Positions 22,985 through 35,560 of a stretch of DNA of 64,000 bases are shown piece after piece (the stretch's first letter is position 1; every line of letters begins with the position of its first letter). The stretch comes from Flaccisagitta enflata (Eukaryota), in the NCBI GenBank assembly GCA_965153355.1, contig OZ231126.1, positions 42,656,001-42,720,000 of the forward strand, read 5' to 3'. The translations under genes and the position numbers were made by a program. The notes below the pieces were generated by a model that saw nothing but the letters and a program-made list of their open reading frames with translations, searched no databases and was not told the origin of the DNA.

Positions 22985-23600
22985 GACAATTTCGCATGTG
23001 CGTGTACACAATATCGCACGTGCGTGCACACAATATCGCACGTACGTGCACACAATATCGCACGTGCGTGCACACAATATCGTGCGTGCGTGCACACAAT
23101 ATGGCATGAGCGTGCACACAATTTCGCACGTGCGTGCACACATTTTCGCACGTGCGTGCACACATTTTCGCACGTGCGTGCACACATTTTCGCTAGTGTG
23201 TGTACACAATTTCGCACGTGCGTGAACACAATTTTGCACGTGCGTGCACACAATTTCGCACGTGCGTGCACACAATTTCGCACGTGCGTGCACACAATTT
23301 CGCACGTGCGTGCACACAATTTCGCCCAAATTGCACTTACACGCAATGTCGCGTGTTCGTACACGCAATATTACATGAACGTGCACGCATTATCGCGTGT
23401 ACATGGACGCAATATCGCGAGTGCGGAAATGCAATATCGCGTGTACGTGCACGCAACATCGCGGGCACTTGCACGCAATAGCGGGCACTTGCACGCAATA
23501 TCGCGCGAACATGCATGTTATATCGACATTCATGCGCACGGTTTCACACGTGCACGTGCATACACGCAATTATGTAAAATGGCAAGCGCGTGTCTCAATG
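22985..23600. repeat. 22-bp CpG-rich minisatellite CACAATTTCGCACGTGCGTGCA, degenerating rightwards
   Basis: About 15 clear copies at 22990-23325, diverged copies beyond. Confidence 0.92.
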
Positions 23601-24948
23601 TGCGTTGTCATGGACGCCAAAAGAAATAAGTGCCCATAACATTATCGAAAGCGGAAAGTTGTGGGTGGGTGAAAATTAATCCAGGTAGAAACTAGAATTC
23701 AGAAATTGTAATCCATGGGGTACGCCGGCCGGGTGCGCACGAGCCAGGTTCCATTGTAAAAAGAATCTGACGGGGCGTGACGGTATTACTTTGGTAGTGG
23801 ACGAAAACACGGTCCTCCAGAGTGGTGATGTCAATTACACAACGGGTCAAGTGCATTCCATGTGACGCGTCAACTTTTAGGATGACGCGCGCGACATGGA
23901 CATGGCGCCAAATGTCACAATTTTTTATGTCGCGTGGCCGGTAACGAAAAGAAAACGCTCAAGTACGGAAGAGGGCACGGAGCCAGGAAGCTGTATGAAA
24001 CAACAAGAAAGAAGGCAACAAACAGTCAGAATTGTACAGTTGTTACTTCGTATACGAGCCAAGACAGCCATCAGCAGATTAATGAGAACATATAGTTAGG
24101 ATTAAAGGTGAGAGATATATGAGTACTCTAATTTAAAGGTGTTAACATCATTCGTCAAAATTTTTCACTTTTAAAAACGATATTTGTAAATTATTACCAA
24201 TTAAACAATCTCATGAAAACGATCAATTCATTATGTTTTTTTTAAATCCATTCGCTTGGAAAGTGGCTCGTATACGAGGTACGAACTAACACATCGATAG
24301 AATAGGGGATCTGCCTCTTTAACAGCATCGGTAGACTCGGGTGATTGCATGATGGGTCACCTTCAGGTATCGCAATCCATGGCTACTTACTATCTGCAAT
24401 GACAGGTTTATCATTTTAAAAGTGTCTTTTTGAAAATGTCACCTTTTAAAAAAACAATGCATACCCGTATTCATTTCATTATGATTCAAGGAGCTTTCAC
24501 TCGATCCATAACGCATGCGAAGTCCTGGAATAACCAGCTTTCAAAGAGGCTGCTAAATTTGCGGCCTCTGCTTCGCCCCGCAGCTCCTGGTGTCGCGGGG
24601 ACAGCAGTCAAGGCAAGTCCTGTGGCCGCTGGGGATAGTTTAAGAACCCGGCAATGAGGTTTGTCTCATTCATCCTCCCAATTGTCCCCCCTTATCACCA
24701 AATGCCCTCATTATCTCAATGGAAAGTTTTTTTTTGTCACAAAAACGCCAAAACAATCATGACGTCTTAACGCCTTTATTGACACCATAACTTATCCAAA
24801 TCCACCCCACCCCCCTCATGACCAATGAGAGCGGCTCCCGGCTCCACCTGTCGCGTACCCCTCCTACCATTTTCTTTACTTTCGACTCTTCCATCCCCCC
24901 CCCTCCCTCCTCTTTCTCTTCCCCCTCCCTGACATCCCCTTCCTTTTT

Positions 24949-25240
24949 GGGCAGCGGCTCCGAAGGGGTCGATGACCTATGCTTTCACACATATGCGGAA
25001 TTTTCTCCTTCTTCCTCTTCTTCTCCTTTGTACCCCCCCCCTCCCCGGATCCCAGTCCCTAGGACCAAATTCCAGTCTTGAGGCCCAAAGGAGAAGAAGG
25101 AGAAGAAGGGGAAAATTTCTCATATGTGTGAAAGCATAGGTCATCGACCCCTTTGGGGCCGCTGCCCTGCTTCCCCTTTGAATTCAAGCCCAACCTACTT
25201 AGGCAGGGCACGGGTACCGCTGACCATCTGTGCGACTATC
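24949..25240 (+). mobile_element. GGGCAGCGGCCCC family non-autonomous element (long inverted repeats plus one-sided tail; HINE-like)
   Basis: About 60-bp inverted repeats GGGCAGCGGC..GACCTATGCTTTCACACATATG, preceded by a T run, tail AGGCAGGGCACGGGTACCGCTGACCAT. Confidence 0.8.
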
Positions 25241-25829
25241 TTCTATTTCACCTTCTCCCTCTTTGCTCAGATATGATCTAAAACATGATAAACAAACACT
25301 GATACGCAGGGTGGGATACGACTGAAGACTTTTTAGTGTGAATGGGTTACCTACTGACGGACAGACCTAACGACAGACCGTCATATCCGCTTTTAGATAA
25401 ACGAGGGCGCACTATACTACAGTTTGGGGTTGATGAGACGTGTGAAGACTGATTTGAGGGCATGGGTGAGAGACCAACGGATGTACGGACACACCATCTT
25501 ATGATGGATTGCGGTACGTAGCAATCAGGCTAATTATTCCATAAGTACTGATCACTTTCTTTGGTGCCATAAAAAAAAACAGACTGACCCACAGATGAGA
25601 CACGGCGTCTTATTGTAGAAGTACATAGACGTATTTTGGCATTTTGCAAAATCGCAATTCCTTTGACTTTGAAGGAGTTACTGAATAAATTGTTACCCCC
25701 TGTTAATCTGAGTCATGGACGTAGGGCAAGAGACGTCCGTAAGTCCCAGATTGTCAACCTTAGATTAGCGTCGATTCTAGACTCACAGGAAAGATCAAGG
25801 AAGGAAAATGAAGAGAAAACATGAAATCC

Positions 25830-26330
25830 AATAGTCGCAAAAGCGTAAGATGGTTAGTGGTAACCGTGCCCTGCCTAAGTAGATTGTGCGAAATTGAGGG
25901 GGAAGCAGGGCAAAGTGTCGATGACATATGCTTTCACACATATGGGAAATTTTTTCCTTCTCCTCAGTCCCCCCCCTCAAATCCCAGTTTTGAGGCCCAA
26001 ATCCCAGCCTTTAAGACCCAAATCCTTGCCTCAAGGCCTAAATGCTAGCCTTCAGGCCCAAATCTCAGCCTGGAGGTTGAGGTCTGGGCCTCTTGGCTTG
26101 GACTTGGACCTAAAAGCTGAGATTTAGGCCTCAAGGCCGGGATCTGAGCCTCCAGGCTAGCATTAGGGCCTTGAGGCTAGGATTAGGCCTCCTGACTGGG
26201 ATTTGGGCCTTGACACTAATGTTGGCCTTGAAAATGGGATGAGGGGGGAACAAAGAAGAAGGAGAATGAAAAAATACCCCATATGTGTGAAAGCATAGGT
26301 CATGGACCCCTTCAGGACCGCTGCCCACAA
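25830..26330 (-). mobile_element. GGGCAGCGGCCCC family element
   Basis: Same inverted repeats and tail; internal 20-21 bp GAGGCCCAAATCCCAGCC repeats. Confidence 0.8.
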
Positions 26331-26358
26331 AGGACCAATATATACATGGCCCAGTTAC

Positions 26359-26588
26359 AACAAGTGACGCGGGGTCACAATATTGTTACGGACGGGTGGG
26401 CGGGGGCATCCAACCCCCATCCACACCGCAATCCCCACCCTCCCACAGACAAACATACTCAAAATGTATCCAAAAAGCTTGTTTTTCCCCTTTTCGACTC
26501 AATCATTATCAATGGATGGACAGACGGATGGACGGACCAACGGACGGATGGACAAAGCCTCTTATTGAGTTGGGTGTCCGCGGCTAAG
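26359..26588 (-). mobile_element. HINE-like element, AGTTGCG subfamily
   Basis: AACAA-GTGACGCGGGGTCAC stem-loop end; homologous to 33035-33252, 37133-37361 and ~62624-62800. Confidence 0.75.
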
Positions 26589-27334
26589 AACCTGGGAAAA
26601 GGGGGCCCTATAAAGCGGGCCCGGCAATCGAGAGCCTAGCAATGAGACTTCTGGATGGGGCCCAGGACTTTTCTGCAGATCTTTGCCTAGTAATGCTTCT
26701 AAGTAAAGAGATGAGGCTTCTCAGACGACCTTTATCTGGTTTCCTCTTCATCAAAGAGGAAGTATGGAAAGCTCTCTGTTAGTCCTGACCTGACGTTCCC
26801 CTTAAAACTCCAAGCAGACGTCCTGGCTTTGAGACCCAGATCCTAGCCTCCAAGACCCAGATCCTGGCCTCCAAGACCCAGATCCTGGCCTCCAAGACCC
26901 AGATTCCACCTTGTGGGTCGATGATCCTGGAACCTAGAGGCCCCAGATCTTTGTCTCCATCACCCTGATCCCTGCTTCTGGGACCCAGATTTGCACCACC
27001 CATTTTCAGATACCAGCCCTAAAGATCTCCTTGACCTAGATCCTTGCTTTTGTGACCCTGAACCTGGTACCCAAGACCAAACGCGCGGACAGACAGATTC
27101 CCCTTCATCTTGACACACAAACCCACTGACCAATATGGATGGACAGACGGAGAGAAAGATGGGCGGATGGATGGATGGATGGACAGACAGATGGATCATG
27201 AATGGTCGAAGGGATAGACTTACATAGCCTCATAGCCATTAGAGATTATTGAAAACTTATGCTTGCCATGGCGAGTCTACTTTCAGTTAAAACCCGCTCT
27301 ATTGGAATTCGAGTGATTGACAAATCATGTCATA

Positions 27335-27777
27335 TCGGTCAGGGTCCCCCGTTGAAAATTTCCTTAAAAAAAAGAAATGCACCCATTCCAATTTTTTTAC
27401 AGAGGGGTCTTTAAAAGGGTGTAGAATCAGAATATCATGTTCATTTTGGTCTAACTTAGGCAAAAAAAAAAAACTTTTTAGGACCCCTTTAAAAAAAATT
27501 TGTACGCGACTCTACACCTTGCTCTGTTGGTCGGTCGATTGGTCCGTCGGTATGTAACATTTTTAAAATTTGATTGTTTTTTTTACGGTTATTAAGGTTT
27601 TTTAACATTTTTATTATTTTTTAATATTTTTTAGCATTTTTTAACATTCTTAATATTTGAACATGTTTTTGCTCTTTTGTTTGTCATTTCCAGACATAAG
27701 CGACTGTTGCCCTCTTGGGCTTGTTTTCTTTTAAAACCCTAAGAATTGAGATATTTTCAATAGGGGACCCTGACCGA
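27335..27777. mobile_element. TIR MITE with a nested HINE fragment (~27500-27726)
   Basis: Perfect inverted ends ATATCGGTCAGGGTCCCC; TSD either TA or ATAT. Confidence 0.75.
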
Positions 27778-27820
27778 TATCAGTTACAGGTGAAATTCTG
27801 TTACAGTCAGTAGAGCAAAT

Positions 27821-28051
27821 AACAAGGCCGGACACGGCCAATAAGTAGTCGCTGGAGGGTGGGCAGGGGCTGCAATGCGGGAAGGCAGGGGCAGCGTGAG
27901 GCAGGGCGGCGGCGGCAAAGCGGCTGGGCAGGGGCAGAAATCATGATTTCAGTAGATTTCGCGTCATCAAAATTTTCGCGTCACCGATTTTCCCACCTAC
28001 ATACCTACATATCCTCTTAAAGTAAAGAGTCGCTTGGCCACCGACTGAAAA
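27821..28051 (-). mobile_element. HINE-like element, AGTCGCT subfamily
   Basis: AACAAGGCCGG..CGGCC end, subTIR AGTCGCT, hairpin AGTCG..CGACT; homologous to 46191-46439. Confidence 0.75.
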
Positions 28052-28942
28052 GAAATAAGTTAAAGGGATTATGAATTTGCATCCATTAAAGGCTGAGTTC
28101 CGAAAGTGGAGGTTCCATTGGAGCGGGATTCAACTTTACGCAAAAGCTTTCGGGTCACTAGATTCTTGCCATGCCACTCCTGAACCAACCACACTGGATT
28201 CGCTCCTTTGGCTCCGGAACTGAAGTGCATCAATGTATGTGCCCAAACCAGGCTTAAGACAATTCACCAAAAAAGGGGGAAAAATAATGAGAAAACTACT
28301 CGTAAATACTCACTATGCGTAAAGTGAGGGATATTGTTTCACTTGTCAGTCGTCACACTTACAGGATGTAGTGACGGTCACAACAAACAGATATACTTAT
28401 CTCATCGATTTCAGAACATGTTCAGGATAGCAGGTACCGCTAAGTTACAATGTCGTCGCGGATGGGACGCAGTTCTATAGAACACAAGGAGAATCTGTTT
28501 GTTTGTCTAACAACCCATTTGGTATTCTTTCCATTTATTTGTCTTCCCGTCTATCTTTCTGTCCAACCGTCCATCTATTGGTCAGTTCATGCATCTATCC
28601 ATCTATATGCTCCTCCATTAAGGTGAATTTCATTGGCTTTTGAAAGTGATGTTGGTCAATCTGAGCGTGGGTATGGGATATTCTTTTTGCTCTGGGTCTC
28701 TCAAACCAGTGTCCATTTGTCTGTCCCTATAATTGTCTTTCTGTTTATCCATTTTCATCCTCAATCTAGGTTCTAACCTCCCAGATCTAGATCCTAGCTC
28801 TTGAGATCAGGATCCTAATCTTCAAGACATGGATCCCAGCCTCTGTGACTCATATTTAAGTCTTCAAGACAGATTCGTCTGGTTCCAAGTATCTAACAAG
28901 GTCATATACACTTCTCCCGGTTGCAGGCGGGTTGGCAGGAGC

Positions 28943-30229
28943 AAACAAGCCCGATCGGACAATGATGCGTCCTCTACTTATCTCTATCTTGAAAGAATTC
29001 CACAATTTTTGCATATTGCAGTTCTTATCATCAACATCATTTTCCAAGGTTAAAAACTACATCATTCTATGAGAATACCAATCAGCAAAAGATGCAGTCT
29101 TTGTTCTTTGATATAATACTTAAATGACATATAACCAATACTGTTTTTTAGCAAAAGACCAGATTTATATCAGTATCGACAAACAATTTCAAAGGATTTG
29201 GCATGAAAAAAAAAAAACTGAATTCTGGAGGGGGGAGGGATGGGGGCAGAATCCAAGCAGTTAGATTTATAGATATTGGGAAAGTTGTTACATAACTAAA
29301 GAGATGCGAGGATGCATTTAAAAATGATTGGGAGTGGTGTGGAAGGGATTGAATTGGTGATTGATGGACTTTTGAACAAGGCCGGATACACGGCCAATAC
29401 CAGTCGTGGACGGGCGGGCAGGGGCGGAAATGCTGTGCTTACGAACTCGATCATTACCAACGGACGGACGGATGGATGGACGGACCTCTTATAGAGTCGC
29501 TAGTCCGCGACTTAAAAGGGTAATGGATACACAGACCAGCCAATGAATGGACAGACCAGACCCTCTTTTAGAGATGCAAGGACGCATCTAAAAATGATTG
29601 GGAGTGGTGTGGAAGGGATTGAATTGGTGATCAACGGATTTTCGAAAAAGGGTAACGGACGGACGGACAGACCAACAGACGGACAGACCCTCTGAAAGAG
29701 ATGCCAGGACGCAACTAAAGATGATTTGGAGTGGTATGGAAGGGATTGAATTGGTGATTGATGGATTTTTGAAAAAGGGTAACAGACGAACGGACCAACC
29801 GAAGGACAGACAGACCCTCTTTTAGAGATGAGAGGACGCATCTAAAAATGATTGGGAGTGGTGTGGAAGGGATTAAATTGGTGATTGATGGATTTTCAAA
29901 AAAGGATAACGGACGGACGGAATGACCAACGGACGGACAGACCCTCTTATAGGGATGCGAGGATGCATCTAAAGATTATTGGGAGTCGTGTGGAAGGGAT
30001 TGAATTGGTGATTGATGGATTTTTGGAAATGGGTAAGGGACGCATAGACTAACCGACTGATGGACAGACCCTCTTATAGAGATGCGAGGACGCATCTAAA
30101 AATGATTGGGAGAGGTGTGAAAGGGATTGAATTGGTGATTGATGGATTTTCTAATAAGGGTAACGGACGGACGGATGGACCGACGGACGGACAGACCCTC
30201 TTATAGGGATGCGAGGACGCATCTAAAAA
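28943..30229 (-). mobile_element. HINE-like element (AGATGCG subfamily) with six ~127-bp terminal tandem units and a nested HINE (~29375-29515)
   Basis: AAACAA-GCCCGATCGGAC, subTIR GATGCGTCCTC at 28964; seven AGATGCGAGGACGCATCT-type hairpins about 127 bp apart. Confidence 0.8.
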
Positions 30230-30329
30230 GTGGAAAAACACTCACATTTTATTTCAGTTACAGGTCGACCGACAGACCAATGGACCGATTGACGGACACA
30301 TCAAGTTATAGAGTCGCGTGTCTGTGACT

Positions 30330-30468
30330 AACAAGGCCGGATACACGGCAAGACAGTCGCGGACAGTTGGGCAGGGGCCGTCATGCGAAAACCGCTCGTG
30401 AATCAAAAAAGTTAGGGACAGACAGACCGACACGGCAAATTATAGAGTCGCGTGTCCGCGACTAAAAA
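30330..30468 (-). mobile_element. Short HINE-like element
   Basis: AACAAGGCCGGATACACGGC..AGTCGCGGAC..AGTCGCGTGTCCGCGACTAAAAA. Confidence 0.75.
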
Positions 30469-30722
30469 CTTGCCCCACTCCCACTCTTCATTGGATTCTA
30501 AGAACCAGTAAGCAGGTCATGGGTACCTCTGAACATACAGGGATGTTGTATATGTCTGCAATTGCCAAATTGGCAATACTGTCCCTGCCAACTCGCTAGT
30601 AAACTTATAACTAAATTTTCCAAAGCTAAGTCCCAAAAACTCAAAAACCCAAAAACTCCTAGAGACCTTGTTTTCTAAAAGGGATCTTTAATATCAGCCC
30701 GTTTTACTCAGTTAGATGTCTT

Positions 30723-31163
30723 AAAACAAGGCTGGATACACGGCTACCCTATTCGCGTGCGGGTGGGCAGGAGCAGCGCTGAAGACAGTCACCAGGGCAT
30801 TCAGGTGTGCCAAATAGGGGTGATGACCGATTTTTCCATAGTAACACTTTGTCAAGATGGGGATTTTGATTTCAAGATGATGCAAATTAGGGGCAAAATG
30901 GGGTTTTGAAAAAAATGGAAGTTAAGCGAAATATGAAAAAAGAAAAACGGTGAAGGCCATTAAATTGGTAGCCCCCTATTGTCCTAGTGTGATTTCTCCA
31001 TAGAATAATGTTTTGCATATTGGCACACCCGACCAGGGCATCCAGGCAGGAGCCTTATGCTCAAAAAGCTCAATAACGCCGAAAAAGTAAAAAGGGGACC
31101 GACCGACCGACCAACCAACGGACCAACAGCGGGCTGTAGAGTCGCGTAGCACGCGACTAAAAA
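30723..31163 (-). mobile_element. HINE-like element (AGTCGCG) interrupted by a TIR insertion
   Basis: Typical ends; insertion at 30801-31032. Confidence 0.75.
30801..31032. mobile_element. 232-bp TIR element with 9-bp TSD (Mutator-like TSD length)
   Basis: TIR TCAGGTGTGCCAA / TTGGCACACCCGA; CCAGGGCAT at 30792-30800 and 31033-31041. Confidence 0.75.
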
Positions 31164-31611
31164 CCACTCGACTCTTCCATCGTCTTGTTCATGCCATGGC
31201 CTTTCCGTAGACACGTCGCTTTAAGTAGATGAACATGAAATGAGGATAACGAACTACAAACTGGCGGGCCACTAACACCCCCTCATGCCTATCTCGATCA
31301 ATTTTCATCATCCCGAATTCTTTTCCCCTTCGAGAGAGAGAGAGAAAAAAAGTTTCCTTGGCAATTGCCAGCTTAAACCTCAACAAAGGATCAAGAGAGC
31401 CACGCGGTTGCAAAAAAAGAAAAAATATAGAAGAAAAAGACAGAAAAACTATCATCATCTTCATCGCCCTCATTCTCTCTCTCTCTCTTCATTCCCGTGT
31501 CGAAAAATTTCAGAATTAGATAAGCTGGCAGGAAGAGAGTCACTTTCTCTCTCTCTCTCTCCTTCTCTCTTGGCTCTTTATATTGGCGACATGACGTTTT
31601 TCCCTTTTTAC

Positions 31612-31717
<106 letters not shown>

Positions 31718-32151
31718 AAAATCTTTCTTTATCTCTCTCTCTCGGCGTGAGCGTCTTCCTCCTCCCTTTTGCTCCAATGCTTATAATGTACATGATTTTG
31801 AACCTCGGAGGCAAAACCGCCTTCGTTGGTCGCCTCCTTTCCTGCTGCGCCGCGTCTCTCTGTCTTTCCCGTCACACGCCGCTTCCACCTCCTTTTCAGC
31901 CTTCCCGATGCCGCTTACTCGCGGCCTCTCGCCACGAGAAAGCCGAAAGAGAAAGGTGCATATAAACACTTTCAGTTTTTACTGGATTCCAACGACGTCT
32001 TTCCTTTCCTTTCCCATGTCAACGTTCATCATCATCATCCCTTATTCCATCCTTCACTTTTAAGTGATGATGAGGGATGTCTATATATGTTTCCATTTGC
32101 ATGTATTTGAGGGTAGCTTTCACACAGGCACGTGACTCTCAGATCGGCTGG

Positions 32152-32228
<77 letters not shown>

Positions 32229-33034
32229 CGATCTTTGCCTGAAATCATGATTTGAATATTGGTGATTTCTGCCTCCTCTTGGTCCCGGCATCTGCGAGAG
32301 AGGGTGGGGCCATGGGATGGGGATGGAGGGGGAAGAAAAGAGGATGTTGTCTCGGGACTGGACTCTACTCAAATGTTTGATGTATGAAATGTGGAACAAT
32401 GTCCCTCACTATACCCAAACCGAAATCTATGGAAGAGGGCCTTGTGAACCCTCACTGACTAATTGATACGCGCATCACTGTTAGTGTTCCATAAAACAGA
32501 ATCTGAAAAACATTCCTTCTCGATGTATAGGAGATGATTGGAACAGAGCTCATTCTTGTTTCTCACCCATTTTTAGGACAGTGGCCCCATTGACCTATTG
32601 TCTAGCGTAGAGAATTTTTTTACGTTTTTCCCTCTTCACTCTGCTTCATCAACCTTTTGAAAACGCTATTTTAGCATTGTTGCCTAAATCTTTGCCATAA
32701 ACTTTCAATACCAATCTAAACATATAGGTTAACAGATAATTTTGTACTACTACAATTATTTTTGCGGGGCTCTTGTACGACTTTTAAATAATTACCATAA
32801 GTTAATTTACATCCCAACGTAAGAGCCACACATTAGAAATGAAATTTTGTAAGGATCTTTCAACTGAGGAATTGGGCATAGTGACAGCTACAGACAAGTC
32901 TTAGGTTTCGAATTTCACCACACAGATGTGAGGTCCCAAAGCCGCCTCATGTTCACTAATAAGAGGAGGAATGATAGAGAGTTGACAGTTGTTCCAATCC
33001 TATGACGCTAAAAGTCAGATCACCTAAGCCAAAT

Positions 33035-33252
33035 AACAAGTGATGCGGGGTCACAATATCGTTGCGGACGGGTGGGCAGGGGCATCCAACCTCCATCCAC
33101 ATCCCAACCCCCATCCCACACACACAAACATACACAAAAACTTTCTAAAACGCTTGTTTTTCCATTTTTCAACTTGTTGACCCCGGACGGACCAACGGAC
33201 CAATGGACCGATGGACAGATGGATGGATGGACAAAGCCTCCGCAACTAAAAA
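33035..33252 (-). mobile_element. HINE-like element, AGTTGCG subfamily
   Basis: subTIR GTTGCGGAC matches terminal TCCGCAACTAAAA. Confidence 0.75.
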
Positions 33253-33335
33253 TCATTTATCCGACTCCCAACCACCAGGCAACCACCCTTATAGGCTTAG
33301 TGCGTCATCACCGTGAGCCAGATCACCCCCCCTCC

Positions 33336-33540
33336 AAAAACAAGGCCGGATATACGGCTACCGAAGTCGCGTGCGGGTGGGCAGGGGCCTTTTTTGAGGT
33401 CACTAGACCATTTGGGCAGGAGCAGTGAGGTCAGAGAAATAAAATCATAAAAAAAGTAAAATGTGATTGACCAAACGACTAACCAACCAACCGACCAACG
33501 GACAAAGCGGGTTGTAGAGTTACGTGCACGCGATTAAAAA
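33336..33540 (-). mobile_element. HINE-like element, AGTCGCG subfamily
   Basis: Close homolog of 61372-61551. Confidence 0.8.
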
Positions 33541-33552
33541 AAAGAAGAAAGA

Positions 33553-34000
33553 TTAGTCGCAAAAGCATTAGATGGTCAGCGCAACCCGTGCCCTGCCTAA
33601 GTAGGTTGTGCTTAAAGTTGGAGGGGGAGCAGGGCAGCAGCCCTGAAGGGGATCGATGACCTATGCTTTCACATATATAGGGAATTTTATCCTCCTCCAG
33701 CCTCGAGGCTCATATCCCAGCCTCAAGGCCAAAATCCCAGTCTTTAGGCCCAAATCCCTTGAGGGCAGAATTTGGGCCTTGGGATTGGGACTTGGGCCTT
33801 GAGGTTGGGATTTTGGCCTCATGACTGGGATTTGGGCCTCGAGGCTGGGATATGAGCCTCAAGACTGAGATATGGGCCTGGAGGATGGGAGGAGGGAGGT
33901 ACAAAGAAGGAGAAGAAGGAGAAGAAGAAGAAGGAGAAGGAAAAATTCCCCATATGTGTGAAAGCATAGGTCATCGACCCCTTCGGGGCCGCTGCCCAAA
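33553..34000 (-). mobile_element. GGGCAGCGGCCCC family element
   Basis: Both inverted repeats and the tail are present. Confidence 0.8.
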
Positions 34001-34301
34001 AACGGAAAATCTCATCCCCCAGATCCTAACCACCAAACAATCACTTCAACAGACCTTGAATGACGATATTGGGCCTTTTCTTTCGAGCAATTTCATCCTG
34101 TCATTCATTGAGAATTCTCAACCCGCTTTTACAATACCAATAAAGGCGACTCTCGCCGATTGGAAAAAAGTCGTAAATGGGAGTCTCTTTTTTTCAATGC
34201 ATGATCTTCTGTGCTGTTTGGTGTTGTCTGGTGCTTTCTGGTTGACTGTCTATCTGTTTTTGTTTTTCAATCTATGTCTCTTTTTCCTCTCTGTCTCTGT
34301 C

Positions 34302-35560
<1,259 letters not shown>

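Noticed and set aside
22884-23639. Cys/His-rich ORFs resembling metal-binding proteins
   Set aside because: Open in many frames on both strands because of the stop-free 22-bp repeat.
29300-30229. Second CRISPR-like array
   Set aside because: Same reason: tandem monomers of a transposon end.
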